Shown in pieces: positions 37,208 through 50,255 of a stretch of 64,000 nt of DNA (positions are counted from its first letter, which is position 1; each line of letters starts with the position of its first letter). Made by a program: the position numbers and the translations under genes. Where the stretch lies: contig VJWM01000178.1 of the NCBI GenBank assembly GCA_010909165.1, forward strand, positions 186,001 through 250,000. Direction: 5' to 3'. The DNA comes from Anthoceros angustus (Eukaryota; Plantae; Anthocerotophyta). The notes below the pieces were generated by a model. The model saw nothing but the letters and a program-made list of their open reading frames with translations, searched no databases and was not told where the DNA came from.

Positions 37208-39241
37208 ATGTGCCTGGCTCGATGTGCATCCTCTGTTCGTCCCCTGAGACATTGGATTCTTCCTGCACGGCTTTACAGCACTGTGAGTGACCTGTCGTCA
37301 GCTTCAGATTCTTGTCGTGTTCCCAGAATCTCTGGCCAGGGGCCCGATTTTACTACCCAGTCCGGCAGAGTGGGCAGACTTTCAGTTGGAGCGCTAGTCA
37401 GCCTATGCGAGGATGGCCATCTGGACGAGGTGTTGCAGGCCGTGGAGCTTGTGGATCGGCAAAGCATTGGTGCTTACACCACATACAGGTTGTACCGACT
37501 TCTGGAGGCGTGCATCAAGTATAAGCACCTGGCATTTGGCAGGCGAGTACACTGGCTTATCGTCAGGAGGGGATTTGAGTCCAGCAACTTCTTGGGAGCC
37601 CACGTGATGCGTATGTTTGCTGCATGTGGGAGTTTGCTGGAGGCAAATCAGGCTTTCGTGAAGCTACCTGCTCCTGACGTCTTTGCGTGGGCTTCAATTG
37701 TCTCTGCAAATGCAAAGTATGGACGGAGTGAGGATGCCCTCAAATTGTATCGTTGCATGCAACAGTCCAATGTGGAGCCCAATGAGTACGTCTTTGTGGC
37801 TGTTATTCAAGCTTGTACAACTGGTGCAGCATTGGCAGAGGGCAGGTTAATTCACGGCCATGCCAGGGAAGGTGGGTTGGAGCTCAATGTGTTCGTTGCC
37901 AGTGCCCTCATTGACATGTATGCCAAATGTGGCAGCCTAGAAGATGCACGCCAACTGTTTGACAGACTGTCAACCAAGAACCTTGTGTCATGGACTGCAA
38001 TGGTTGTAGGGTATGTTCAGCATGGAGATGGAGACGAGGCTATCCAACTATTTCATGACATGCGAAGGCAGGGCATGCATCCGGACGCCATCATACTTTC
38101 TAGTGTGCTGAAAGCTTGTTCCAGCGTGATGGCTCTTGATCAGGGCAAACTGATCCACACTGACATTGTGGGAGCTAAGCTGGAATTGGACGTCTTCCTT
38201 AGCAGTGCACTTATTGGCATGTATGCAAGGTGTGGGAGCCTTGAGGATGCTCGCAAAGTCTTTGACATGTCGATCAGAAACCTAGTGTCCTGGAATGCGA
38301 TGATCACAGGATATGTGCAGCATGGCAATGGTCAAGACGCGCTCCAACTATTTAAGCAGATGGAGCAAGAAGGTGTGCAGCCAGATGTGATCACTCTCTC
38401 CAGCACCCTTAGAGCATGTGCCACTGTCGCAGCCCTCCAAGAAGGACGGGCTGTACATGACAAGACCATTCTTGCTGGTTGTGAATCTGACCCCTATATC
38501 TCTAGCACCCTCATCGATATGTATGCCAAATGTGGGAGCCTTGAGGAAGCACAGAGGGTGTTTGACAGGCTGCTGACAAGGGACACCGTCATCTGGACAG
38601 CAATGATCGCTGCATATGCTCAGCACGGCAGTGTGCACCAGGCAATTCAGCTCTTTCAGAGAATGAAAACTGAAGGCATTGAGCCAAGCACCATAACTTT
38701 TGTATCATTGCTGTCTGCCTGCAGCCGAGCTGGTCTACTTGACGAGGCTTATTCCCTCTTCCAGTCCATGTCTGAAGATTTTGGACTGACTCCAGGAAAG
38801 GAGCACTTTGCTTGCTTTGTTGACCTCCTTTGCCGAGCTGGGTATCTCTCAGAGGCAGAAGGTCTGATCAAACAACTCCCATCAGAACCTGATGATGTGG
38901 TGTGGTTGTCGTTACTTGCTGCTTGCCAAACCCATGTGAACGTGGAGCTTGGAAAGTGGGCTTTCAAGTCTATCGTCCAGGCTGATCCAACCAACAGTGC
39001 CGCTTATGTTATGATGGCAAACATCTTCGCTGCTGCTGGCGAGCTGGAAGCCAAAGTGGATATTAGAAACCAGATGCTCATGTCAGGTGCGAGGAAGGAG
39101 CCAGGGCGCACATGGCTGGAGCTAGAAAGTCAGGTCCATACTTTTGTGGTAGAGGATCAAGACCACCCCGAACGCAAGCAGATTTACTCCATGCTGGAGA
39201 CAGTGCTTCGTCAAATCAACTATCTAAGCACTGTGGCTTAA
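37208..39241 (+). CDS. PLS-class PPR protein, E+ type (no complete DYW), intronless; probable organellar RNA-editing factor
   Basis: Repeated LIDMYAKCGSLEDA / NLVSWTAM..GY / TL.S.L.AC triplets, E motifs, RKEPGRTWLELESQVHTFVVEDQDHP, then stop. Confidence 0.95.
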   Translation: MCLARCASSVRPLRHWILPARLYSTVSDLSSASDSCRVPRISGQGPDFTTQSGRVGRLSVGALVSLCEDGHLDEVLQAVELVDRQSIGAYTTYRLYRLLEACIKYKHLAFGRRVHWLIVRRGFESSNFLGAHVMRMFAACGSLLEANQAFVKLPAPDVFAWASIVSANAKYGRSEDALKLYRCMQQSNVEPNEYVFVAVIQACTTGAALAEGRLIHGHAREGGLELNVFVASALIDMYAKCGSLEDARQLFDRLSTKNLVSWTAMVVGYVQHGDGDEAIQLFHDMRRQGMHPDAIILSSVLKACSSVMALDQGKLIHTDIVGAKLELDVFLSSALIGMYARCGSLEDARKVFDMSIRNLVSWNAMITGYVQHGNGQDALQLFKQMEQEGVQPDVITLSSTLRACATVAALQEGRAVHDKTILAGCESDPYISSTLIDMYAKCGSLEEAQRVFDRLLTRDTVIWTAMIAAYAQHGSVHQAIQLFQRMKTEGIEPSTITFVSLLSACSRAGLLDEAYSLFQSMSEDFGLTPGKEHFACFVDLLCRAGYLSEAEGLIKQLPSEPDDVVWLSLLAACQTHVNVELGKWAFKSIVQADPTNSAAYVMMANIFAAAGELEAKVDIRNQMLMSGARKEPGRTWLELESQVHTFVVEDQDHPERKQIYSMLETVLRQINYLSTVA

Positions 39242-39516
39242 TCACGCATCTTCACTGAACCAATTGCGTTGATACCGCTGCCACCGATTTTCTCACGTTG
39301 CAAGCGGTTGTTCTTACTGTGGTACATACGTGAGCAAGAGTGCATGTCCCAGCAAGAACATGTTTCATCTGTTGAAATATTCCGCAGCAAATATTCTTGC
39401 ATTGATGAGAAACTGCCCGACAGCTACAACTTGGACTCAACAAAGAGATGTGATGTGAGTAAACAGATGTTCTGACAATCGGTGGATGCATCCGCCACCC
39501 ACCCAATTTTTTGCGG

Positions 39517-40604
39517 ATGGAGGCAAGGGTGTTGAAGGCCATCGCCACTCTGGATACCAGCTGCAGCAGTCTGGTTCCAGTGTCCTCCAGGCTGGGCTGC
39601 GCAGCTGATGTCCCCGCGCATTTGCGATGGCCCCATTCGAGTCTTTGCGTCACACAGAAGGCGGTGGTGGGAGCTGTGCGGTCTGGAGGAGAAATCACTT
39701 GCCACTTGCAGGACGGCTGGCGCAGACGACGAGCATCGGTGGCTTGCAGAGTTTCTGAACCAGCTGATGAGGTTTTCCAAGGTACGATCAGACCTCGGAC
39801 TAAGCATAGGAGGCGCATTTGCGATTAGAGCTGGATGGAAGGATAGCCGAAGCCTGAAGGGCGTTGTGCCAATAGTGGTGCTTTGAGTGCAGAGGCAGAC
39901 GTGGTTGCAGCTGCCTGGGAAATCCTGGACACCTTCAACCGAAATGACATCCGGCGAACCCCGCAGCCTTCGCTTCGGACCGAAGACGGGATCAATGCGC
40001 TGGCAGCATCTGTCCTTGTAGCCGCTGAGGCTGCACTGAAGGCCGATGGGACGCAACCGTTGCTGGGGGTCTGTGCCGGCGACCCGGCCGAGGCTGTCAA
40101 GTCGCTGCAACAATGGATTCAAGCCCTCGGTTGCGAGATGGTCTCTCCTCGGGTGTGGCCTTTCTGTCCACTTGTCATTCAGGATTTGTCAGTGACTGAG
40201 TTCCATCATAGGGTATCACCGTGCTATTGCCTTTGCAGATGCTCGATGATGAAGAAGGCAAGCCCGTGGATTTGCTCCTTGGGCCTGTCTATGTGAAATA
40301 CAATGCCAAGACGAAGGTGAGCTTCTACCCAAAATTTCTACTCCTCCCTGTTCCTTTTTGTTGTCCTCACAGAAGAGCGTGTGCAGCTCTGCACCTTGAC
40401 TCCATATCAAGGATCCTTTCGAGGCGTCATAATCCAGGTGCCGACTCCATCCTATGACCTTCAAAACCATTTTCGCCAAACAATTTCACCTTGCAGCTGT
40501 GCTGATCACTTTGTAGGAAACGCTGGTTGCAGATCGGACAGAGGCAAGTTGGCCATCTTCCTCTCTTGCTGTTTGATCCCAGCACGTTCCAAGGTCTTGA
40601 ATAA
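39517..40604 (+). CDS. DUF1824-family protein (cyanobacterial-type, probably plastid-targeted), multi-exon
   Basis: LLGVCAGDPAEAVKSLQQWIQALG, GPVYVKYNAKTK, CTLTPYQGSFRGVIIQ, QVGHLPLLLFD. Transit-like N-terminus; first intron boundaries uncertain. Confidence 0.8.
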
Positions 40605-41119
40605 GAAGCCATTTTCTGACCTGTCGAAACATGAGGCCGTGATATCCGTGAGAGGATTCTCTTCTTCCTAAGACTCTCTTGGATTTGTTCCGCCTCTCGT
40701 GGCCTAGTTCTGTTATGGAAGACACTTGTCAAAGGATGTGGAGATGAATGATCTCAAGTGTTAACAACAGTTGGCCGGTTGCTGTTCCCTCAAGACAGAA
40801 CAAGTAGAATTGGAATCGACACACTCCCTTCCTTCTCAAGCTTGGACTGTTGTGTGTAGTGCACACGCTTACCACTCGCGTCAGGAACACAATCGTCCTA
40901 GCCTCTCACAGTCTGCCACAGCGGATCAAATCCACATTCGTCGGGTAGGTTAGCAGCTTCATCTTCAGCGGTAGGTTTCCTGCAGCTTCCTCTTGATGAA
41001 GGCCGCTGATTGAAGCATTCGACACCAAAGCGATATTTGAAGTTTTCCTCAAGTAAAATTGCGTAGCAAAACAGCCGTCTTCCAGTGTATAGCAGTCTTC
41101 AGGTGGTTTGGCTGGGGCC

Positions 41120-42073
41120 ATGGCGGAGGCCGCTGCGCTATGCTCCTGCTCCTCGGTCCATCCGCAGGTGGAGCTTCACATTGGGAAGGTTAGAAATGTT
41201 GGACATTCGTTGCTAGCACAGGGGGCCTGGGGGGCCTGGAACCGTCATCGGAACGGGAGACGCATCCAGGGCGCGGTGGATGGATCAAACGGTGCGCAGT
41301 GGTTGCGGGGGCAAGCAAGTGTACGATGCTGCGCTCTCGAGCCAGGACGGCGGACAGGTGTTGCCGCACAGGCCATAGTGGCGGGAGCCGGCCTGGGGCT
41401 TCTGGCAGCAGCTCTGGCAGCAGGGCAGGCCTTGGGAGCGGAGGAGGTGGCTCAGAGCACGGGCAGCTGGGACATGGACTTCGTCATCGCGGTGGCGTGC
41501 GTGGTGGAGGCCGTTGCGCTGGTAGGAGCGGCTGTGGGGGGAACTCTGGCCCGGCAGAGGAAGGTGGAGCTTGAACGCATCAATGCGCAGCTGCGGCAGA
41601 TCAACCTCAACCTGAGGAGACAGGTGCGGGTGGAATCGTATGCTCCGGGGCTGAAATACGCTCCGGTGGGAGTTGGATCGGGCCGCCTAGACTCATCCAG
41701 GACCGGAGATGGTCTGAACGAAGAGCTGATGCAGAAGCTGAGAGCAGGCAAGAAATGGCTTCGGGAACAGAAGCCGGAATTGGCGTTCGCTGAGTTTGAG
41801 CAAGGGCTGGCTCTTGCCAGGAAATTAGGAGACACTGTGGAGGAGAAGAAGGCTGCCAGGGGGCTGGGGGCATCTTGCCAGCGGCAGGGTAAGTACCGGG
41901 AAGCGATCAAATACCATTCTGTTGTGCTTGATGTCTCGGACGGCACTGGAGAACATTCAGGAGACACGGAAGCTTACGGCGCTATAGCAGATTGCTACAC
42001 GGAACTCGGAGACTTGGAGACAGCGGCTAAGTTCTACGACAAATATATTGACAGGTTAGAGGATGACAACTGA
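41120..42073 (+). CDS. FLU: FLUORESCENT IN BLUE LIGHT (TPR regulator of glutamyl-tRNA reductase), intronless
   Basis: EAVALVGAAVGGTLARQRKVELERINAQLRQINLNLRRQVRVESYAPGLKYAP, EEKKAARGLGASCQRQGKYREAIKYH, TEAYGAIADCYTELGDLETAAKFYDKYI. Confidence 0.96.
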   Translation: MAEAAALCSCSSVHPQVELHIGKVRNVGHSLLAQGAWGAWNRHRNGRRIQGAVDGSNGAQWLRGQASVRCCALEPGRRTGVAAQAIVAGAGLGLLAAALAAGQALGAEEVAQSTGSWDMDFVIAVACVVEAVALVGAAVGGTLARQRKVELERINAQLRQINLNLRRQVRVESYAPGLKYAPVGVGSGRLDSSRTGDGLNEELMQKLRAGKKWLREQKPELAFAEFEQGLALARKLGDTVEEKKAARGLGASCQRQGKYREAIKYHSVVLDVSDGTGEHSGDTEAYGAIADCYTELGDLETAAKFYDKYIDRLEDDN

Positions 42074-42859
42074 GCCCGATCTAAGTCGGATCAAATCGGG
42101 AAGTTAGTGAAAATCGCAAGTTGCCGCCTATGGACTTTAGGTACCTAGTGGACTTAGTTGTAGGTTACAATCTTTTAAGTCTTTTATTATTTTAAACGTT
42201 TTATTAATAAATAATTAAATCTTTTTAATATAAGCGTTCCTACCAGATTTGACTGCATGAATATGGTTTAAAAAATTAAATTATTAAGCACTTTTAATGT
42301 CTATCATGGATATTGTAAATTAAGAAGGAAAAATTTGTAATGTTGCATAAACTTTCGTAAGGTGCACCTCGACTACTCAATGGCAAAGTGCACCTTCCCA
42401 CCGGCTCCAAGTGATGGATTTTATGGACATGTCACCCACAAGAAAGTAACTAGATGATTTACCGACTCTTCGAGCAAAAGTCATGGAGTGCGAAAGTTCA
42501 ACCCGGGTAGCCCAACGAGATATATTGCCATGAGCACGTCACTAGATATATTGTTTGGGCTCCAAAAGCCCATTTTGACGCTAAATAGTCTTGAAACTGG
42601 GCAGACGAGCAATCTTACTATAGAAGATAAGTAGGATGTAAATCACGTACCTCTTATCCAAAATATGTTAGATACGTACTTGTTAAATATTAAGGAAATA
42701 ATGGGTTTAAATCTTGATGTTAGGGTAGTGCGCATACTACTATAGGCCTGGAGTTTAAATGTGTTGTGATGAGTGTACGACTCTCTTATAGGAACACCCT
42801 ATGGTAGGAGGGTCAACAATTAGGAACAGACTTCGGAGTAGCGTCAACATAGAAGGGCA

Positions 42860-43130
42860 GTATGAGGATAATTGGAATCGAGTATGACTAAAGAAATAAT
42901 GCTTGAAAGAGGATATAGGAGCGGAGAGGAGGGAATACAACATCTTGAGGTATTTGAGAGTACGAGGATGATGGGAATTGAGTATGAGAAAAGGAATAAT
43001 GCTTGAAAGAGCACATAGGAGTGGAGGGGTGAAATACAAGGCCTTGAGTACCCGATAGAAGGAACCCAAACGTGAATGTAGAGTTAAAAATATAATATAG
43101 AACCCAAACGTGAATGTATAATTAAAAATA
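42860..43130. repeat. 100-bp direct repeat x2 followed by ~39-bp duplication in an AT-rich intergenic region (probable TE remnant)
   Basis: aataatgcttgaaagag at 42895 and 42995; gaacccaaacgtgaatgta at ~43062 and ~43100. Confidence 0.75.
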
Positions 43131-43840
43131 TACCTTCCCAATATTAGGACTTTCTAGATTTCATTAGGTTTGAGAAACCCTAGTGAAGGTCCTGAGCTCT
43201 TATGTTGTGATGAGGATGATACACAAGAGTGAGAGTTACTGTGATAATTTTTTTTGTGTTGGAAATTCAAAATTCAAAAAACTCAAATTTAAAATTTGTT
43301 GCCTGGGTACGTTATAGTATACGATAAATACGTATCTCACGTAGAATATGTATTTCAAATCTTAAAGTACGTACGAAACGATAGTCTAGTTTTGAAGGCC
43401 AGAATTCTGTACATAAGTGAGATTTCAATACCGATTTCCCCTCAAAGTCTCGAAGACACGCGAAGAAGGGAAGAACTTTTTGATACCTATTGGAAGGATA
43501 AAGCCGAAAATCCTCACACCGTGGGCCACACGTGCAACTTAGTTGCGCAGCACAGAGTCAGAGTCCATGCCTTGTTTCGCGAATTGAGACGAGCTGTATG
43601 CTTGCAATGCTCCTTATACGGAGTGTACACGGTCGCAGATAAGTGACAAATGGCTAGCCGATCCAAAGGAGAGAGTACCCCTTCACGTGAGCCAAACGAT
43701 GAACAGACCTAAATCTTGCAGAGTAAAGTGCTTGAAAAATTGACTCTTCTGGGATGAATACCTAGCCTAAGTGAAAAACTCACCGGCAGCCTGATCGCAT
43801 GGCTGACACTTCAAACTAGAATACAAGATCACGAAATCAG

Positions 43841-46800
43841 CTAAAGGAAGTCTACGTATGTAACTGGTACCAGGCCGCTGATTTTGCCATCTCTACCAGG
43901 CCTCTTTTTCCTCACCTGCACACAATTCATCAAGGGTGTTATCAGGATCGGGAGCGTGAAGATTTTTCATCAGAAACATACTATTACCTTGGAAGACCTT
44001 CCATCCCTGCGTAAGTACTAGGGGGCTCAGAAGGAGGCACTCACAAAATACCACCCATCGACTTCATATTTGATTTCCAACTCTTCTTCTGCCACCAGAT
44101 TCACCTGCAGTTGTGAATCCGTATTGTGTTAGCATGCAGCCCGCATGGCGGGTGGCCCAAAAACACATAGCAAAGCCAGATTTTCACCTCATCCTCTCCG
44201 CCAGCGGTGAAGTCATACAACGCAACGCCAAATCCTTCTCTTTCATCATCTTGTGGGCTGTCTAAAACCTCTTCACTGTTCTGTGCAGGCAAGTTGCTTT
44301 CAAATGAATTTGACACGGAGAAACTTGTGTCAAGCACAGGTTTTCTTGCACCAGATCCAGCCTGCACAGAACGACACTACTATGAGATACACAAGAATTG
44401 GTCGAGGCTGCCACAAACATTGGACTTATAATGCTCACGTTAAAAAGAAAATCAAACGCAACCACAAAATGCAAGCCGGGTTACCAATGCATCTTGGAAA
44501 GTAGGCAAAGTGGAAGTTGCCGACGCATTAGAGAGCCGGGTTGGTGTATATTTCTCCTCCTGTACCAGATGAATAGTTCTATAAGAGGATTTCCTGTGCA
44601 TGATTCAAGCAGAAGGAATGCTATGAGGAAAAGGCATTGACAGCAAACCCGCTGAGCAGCATTAGTCGCTTGAGTTCCCCCGAACAAAGATGGGTACCGC
44701 AAACTTCCAAACCGGGACATTGTAGTTGACTCCGACCCAGGAGAGGAGGAGCCAGACGACTGCCCATCCCCACCCTGTATATTTCACAGACAGAGAACGA
44801 GTTGACTGAGAATGCTTTCATTTCTAGATAGGACAGGCAGAAGAATAAATGCTCCCAAACAGGCACGTGCCTCCCCATCAGATCCTTCAAGAAGTGTCTT
44901 GGCCCACATGTCATCATAGCTGACTGACTCATGTGCAACTGCAGCTTCGTCATCCACCTCGGGAGCATCAGTCCCAGCACCACCCAGATAGTCATTCACC
45001 TGCCAGGCAACACTCGTCAACTAGCCACATACTGCGGGATTCCTGACAATGTAGTCTTCCTAAACAACTTAACTAGAAAACACTGCATAACAGTTAGCAC
45101 TCGCTAGTGCCCTTCATGTCGGAAAATACCAATACCAGAAGACAGGGCAGCAATATTCTTACCCTGTCAATTCCTTGTGATGATATGGACCAAATTCCTG
45201 ATTGATCTTCTTGTTGATAAGGTCTAGATTTGGCGGGTTCTGCTGTCTCCACTTGAAGAGGAGGGTAGATAGTCTGACCTCCCGTAAAATGCAGAAGATC
45301 AGATATTCCCATGGCAACTGCCGGATCATTTAGACCCGTTGCAGCATCAATGCGGTGTCTGTTTCTGTAAATGTTTATCAGCCCTGCACTGCACAAACCG
45401 ACAGTGCCAGCACACTCATCAAATAAAGTTGCCCCGAGCGTATGCTATACCCTTATCAGATGATAGTTGCATGACTAATCAAGATGAAAATCCAACCAGC
45501 ATGATAAGCACCTTATTGGTCCAAGCGGCAGGTACTGTGCCCGAGGAACATAGCAAAAACAAGACACAAAATCTAGAAGACGTTCATGTTTCTCATAGAG
45601 TGACTTCAGCTCTTCGTCAGTCCATTCCTCCTTGTTGTTATCATGAAGCCTCATATCTCTGTTAATAAAAGAGCAGAAAACAGATTTAACTTCACTATTT
45701 TAACTTCATAGATCTAGTTCCTCCCCTCGTGAGAGTAGAGCCCGTCCAACTTACTTGATTAACTGATCCTGTGCTCGGTACATTTCATCTAGCACTCTAA
45801 GCATTGGTGAGAGCATAGTCCCAAGCCCAGTTCCACTTGCCCCCTGATCCTGCCCATAGCTGGAATACTCATCTCTGAATCTTGTTTGACCACCTCCCCG
45901 TACTAGTGCATGCAAAAACTCATATATCTGAATCCGGTATGGCTCTCCTGATCTTATGGCAACTGTCATCAGAGCTTGGGCAGCTACAATCCTCACCTGC
46001 AAGACGAGCAGAATGTTGGGCTTCTTGCTCCTCACTACAGGCTTCATTAATCAATACGACAGCAAAAGCGTTTGGTGCAAATGACCTCCCAACTCCCACT
46101 CAAAGCACAGCGCTGGAGACGAGTCATTGCCGCTGCCAGAGTTGGATTTCTCGAACTTGCTGCGGCCACCATGTTCTCCCTATCGAGCATCAACATTGCA
46201 GTCCCAGGTGCAGTGGCAGACTCCCAAGCATACTCAGCCGCTGCGTAGTTAGCATTTTCGCCAAGAAACCAGACCTTCAAACCAAGTTTTATTGGGAAAG
46301 TCAGCCTTGATCACAACCTGGGAACCAAATTCAGGATGTAACACCTACCGCAGCCTGAACAAGCCGTTGGAGTGCAATGGCGGATTTTGGATCTGATGTA
46401 CCAGATCTGTCAGCAACAGACATGGATGTTGGAGGTGGTGGAGGAAGATCAAGCACAACAGTTACTGCTTCAAGTGCAGTGTGCTTGCCCTCTGGTCCAC
46501 AACCTATGAGGCATGTCTGTAGAGAGTAGACCAGAAACAAATCAGCCTGGTCAAATAGTAAATCACAGCGAATACATAAATGTTAAGGATAAATCCGAAA
46601 GGAACAGCCAGCCAGAATAATCACGGCCAAGAGATAATTTGGCGTCCGGCACTACCTTCCAAAGCAGCTGTAAGACATCTGAGTCCATCTTGCCGGGGGA
46701 CTTTGTTGCAAAAAGTCTAGAGATCTCTAGTAAGATCACAGCCATTCCAGGTGTGGCCTGCAGCCAGTGATGTGGTTCAAATGTCATCATGAACTAGAAT

Positions 46801-49800
46801 GTGTTCTCAAGCTTTTACATCTGTGGCATTCACACACACCTTAAATCGAGCATGGAGTGTCAGAAGTATATCGTTCAGTAATGAGGCAGGCCACGTTGGA
46901 TCAGACAGCTCGCCATCAATGATGGCCTTCAGTTCATCAACTGACTCATACTGGCTTTGCATCCAGATCATAGCTTTGATCGCTGCAGCTCGAACATACA
47001 CACATTCACAGGCAACTGTCGTCCGGACTGCTTCCATCAGGGCTGATAACATATCCCCAACGGACTCCTTCGCTGGAACACTTTTGATTCGTCCACCTGC
47101 AAACTTCCAAAAGTTAGAAAAGAGTTTATAAACTCTGCGGTCATCAAGATACTGCTAGAAGAAAACAAATAAAATTACTCCAAAGTGGCTGCGAGGATTG
47201 CAATACGTACCGTCTTCATCCCCAACCTCTGACTCAATTGTTTCAGTGCCATTGGCATAACTATCAAGTGATGTTTCGTCCTCTACCCCATAATGCCCCA
47301 TAGCAGCTGCAGCTGCACGACTCTTGCCCAGCTCCTGCACAGTTCGTGCTGCAGCATGCAGCAATGGCCTTGAATGGCTTCGGAGAGCTGCCTCCAGCCT
47401 GTCGAATCAGACCGTCACATACCCAGGGAGTACAAACTCAAACGTGGAATGCAGTGTGCATGGCATAGCATCAACTTCAGGGCATTACCTCCTCATGACC
47501 ACCTTGATCACTCGTTGGGGACGACGAGGCCTTGGAGCAGGTCGGTCCTTAGCGACTTTTGGGGGCACTCCATCCTTACCAGCGGCTCCATCTTTCTGTT
47601 GAACAGCCTTAGAAATAGCAGACAGATCTGGAAACTTGAGCATTGCTGTAGTCAAGAGCACCCAGCCTGCAGCTCTGTCCTCGAGGCTGCAGATTTAGAA
47701 ACGAGAAAGACTCATGAGACCATCCATTTGGGGCCCCGATACTGCCATGAAAGCCAGAAAATGACTATACAGATGTGCTTTGTGTTGGTATATGTTAACA
47801 TCACAGTTGCCTCCAAGCAGGTTCAGAACAGAGAGAAAATCCTGTTACCTTTCAGTTTTGTCAAACTTCCCAACTATGCAGTGGATAGCCTCAAAACAAA
47901 CCCGCTCACTTGGGTCCAAAAGAAGCTGATACAGAACTGTAGAGAACTGAGATTTCAAATCTGGCCGTTCTGCAGAACCCGTATAGTGCCAGGTTAAGTC
48001 CAGGCAAGAGACATGCTCCCATAGCAGAATCACTCAATTTCATACCAAGATACTAAGACCTATATAACCTCCAGAGCGGGTTAGAAACGGCTATTTGATG
48101 GTGGAAGAAAGCAGCACTCACAAAGTCGGGCTCTGAATTCCATACCATCAAGCACAGATGCCGTTGCAAGAGTGTAGCAAAGACGTGTCAAATAAACTCG
48201 TGCCATCACATCGTGGACATGCAGAACCTCATGCAGAGAACCTGGTAATAGTCACAAGAATATAAGTTGTCTTGCCAAAAGCATGCCAGCAACTACATCT
48301 TGGAAACACGCCTCAGCTTAACTCAAGCCAGTGCTGCTAACAGGAGAAAAAAATGCATTTAACAAAACAACATACCTCCTGCAAGAGACAGTTTAGCTGC
48401 CAATCACAATAGATGCACAGTTAGAAGCAAGTGTAAGCACAAAAATAATTACACAATGGGATTAAACTGGAAAATGCATTACCTACTGCCATTGCAACTG
48501 CATATGGGTCTCGAACCGCTAAGTCGCAAACCATTGCTAAGGCATGTCTAATTCCCACAGGATCAGCACATGAAATCCTGAAACAAATAAAAAACAGACA
48601 TTTCAGTCCAAGTTTTAAAAGACATTTATGTCAGGCGCCCAACTGCGAAGGGACTCCTCTGCCTTGACTGAACACTTTAGGGAAGATATGTACCCCTGGA
48701 CAGAGCGATGGAGAAAAGCTGGGTTTCCCGAATCTAGAGGAAGCCTTCTCAAGGCACTCAGAGCAGCAGATTGTAAATTGCTGCGAATTGCTGACTGCAA
48801 CCCAACAAACACGGTAAAAACTACTTGCAGGAAGTCAACATGACAAGCCTTACTACGCTCCCTGGTGTTCATGCATCTCTCAACCAGCAGAAGACTCCCA
48901 AAAGTGACTCCCAGGAGCCAAAAAAAACACAATAACCGAAGATCCTCACCTCTTTGTCCACAGTCTGCCTGCCAAACATGCCTTTCTTTTTTCTAAGCTT
49001 GCCAGTATCTGCAACCTGCTAATTGACAACGGATCCAAAGCAATTTGTCATTTTCCACGCTATGGTAGGGGAACTGCACAGCAGCCACAAACAGGTGTTT
49101 GAAGACCTTGTTCAGGATGCCAAAAACAATCTCATACAGGCTGTCCAGGATATCATTCGCATCTGTGGGAGCATAGCTCAGGGCCTTCAGGGCAGCAATG
49201 CGCCGTGCATGAACTGCATGCTCAAACCAAAAGTTTCAGGAGGAAGAGCTAGTCCGAAGTTCCGAGTGGGTCAGGGTGCATGATATGGTTACAAAATCAT
49301 CAGATTTGTTATTATCCTGGCACGCTGCAGAGAATGGAGAACATGAACTCCAAAAGGAAAGGCTTGTCACCACTCTGGCTTACGTGCATTGTCCGTATTG
49401 AGAGCTTCAGTGCGAAGCTTTGAAAGAATGAGAGGTACAACATCAGCTCTTGTAACACCTCCAACGACATTAAGGTCTGCAAGAGCATCCCAGTTAGGAG
49501 TTGGTATTCCCCCTCCTGGAGTTCCTCCGTCAGCACCACTTTCAGCGAGTATGCGCGCAACATAGTAATAACAGTACCGCTGGACCTGAGTATCCTCAGT
49601 TTGCTCCTGAAGCTGGGCACATAAGGAAAAAACAGAGGAGGTTTCAGATTGTTATACGACAAGGGAGGGGTTAGACGGATTTACGAGAGCAAAATCTTCG
49701 AATAAGGGCAGTACCATTAAAAGAGACGGAGCCAAAGATGGGTCGACTGAGCTGTACACAGCAAGCTTCGGAAACACTTGGTGTACAAGTTGTTTCTGCG

Positions 49801-50255
49801 AACTCTTCTGCAGACATCACCAACGGTCAAAGTGGCCATGCAAACTAAATCCCATACTCCAAAACCAATGCTCATAGGAGGCGGGAAAGAAACCTGATCG
49901 GCACTGGCCGCAAGTTCGTGGAGACTCCTGGCAAGCTGAGCGTATGACACCGGCTGAACCACACACATAACAGAAAATTTCAGCCTTTATTGCATGCAAC
50001 ACCTCCCAAACGCCGAAACAGGCCAGGTAATTGCGCTACCTTTTTCTTCTGTTTCAAAGCACCGAACCCGGATCCTACAGGAGATACAGGTGCTATAGAT
50101 GATTCTGGCACGGGAACCAATCCCAACTTCCTGTTGCCCCTAGATGCCTTGCCACTGGGAGACGGGAGTCCCGATGCCAAAAGTTTGGGTGAAATCGGCA
50201 CATCTGCGGTCATGAGATCCATGAGGCTCCCCCCTGAACTGTCCTGGGCAGCCAT
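43841..50255 (-). CDS. TASH3: TPLATE complex subunit TASH3 (SH3-domain protein, clathrin-mediated endocytosis), many exons
   Basis: MAAQDSSGGSLMDLMTAD, PVSYAQLARSLHELAASADQ, SNLQSAALSALRRLPLD, LYQLLLDPSERVCFEAI, VRTTVACECVYVRAA, C-terminal SH3 GVALYDFTAGGEDE...GWYFV...GLVPVTYVDFL*. Confidence 0.93.

Noticed and set aside
42755-43141. 128-aa hydrophobic minus-strand ORF
   Set aside because: It arises from the purine-rich tandem repeat; no ATG context or domain.
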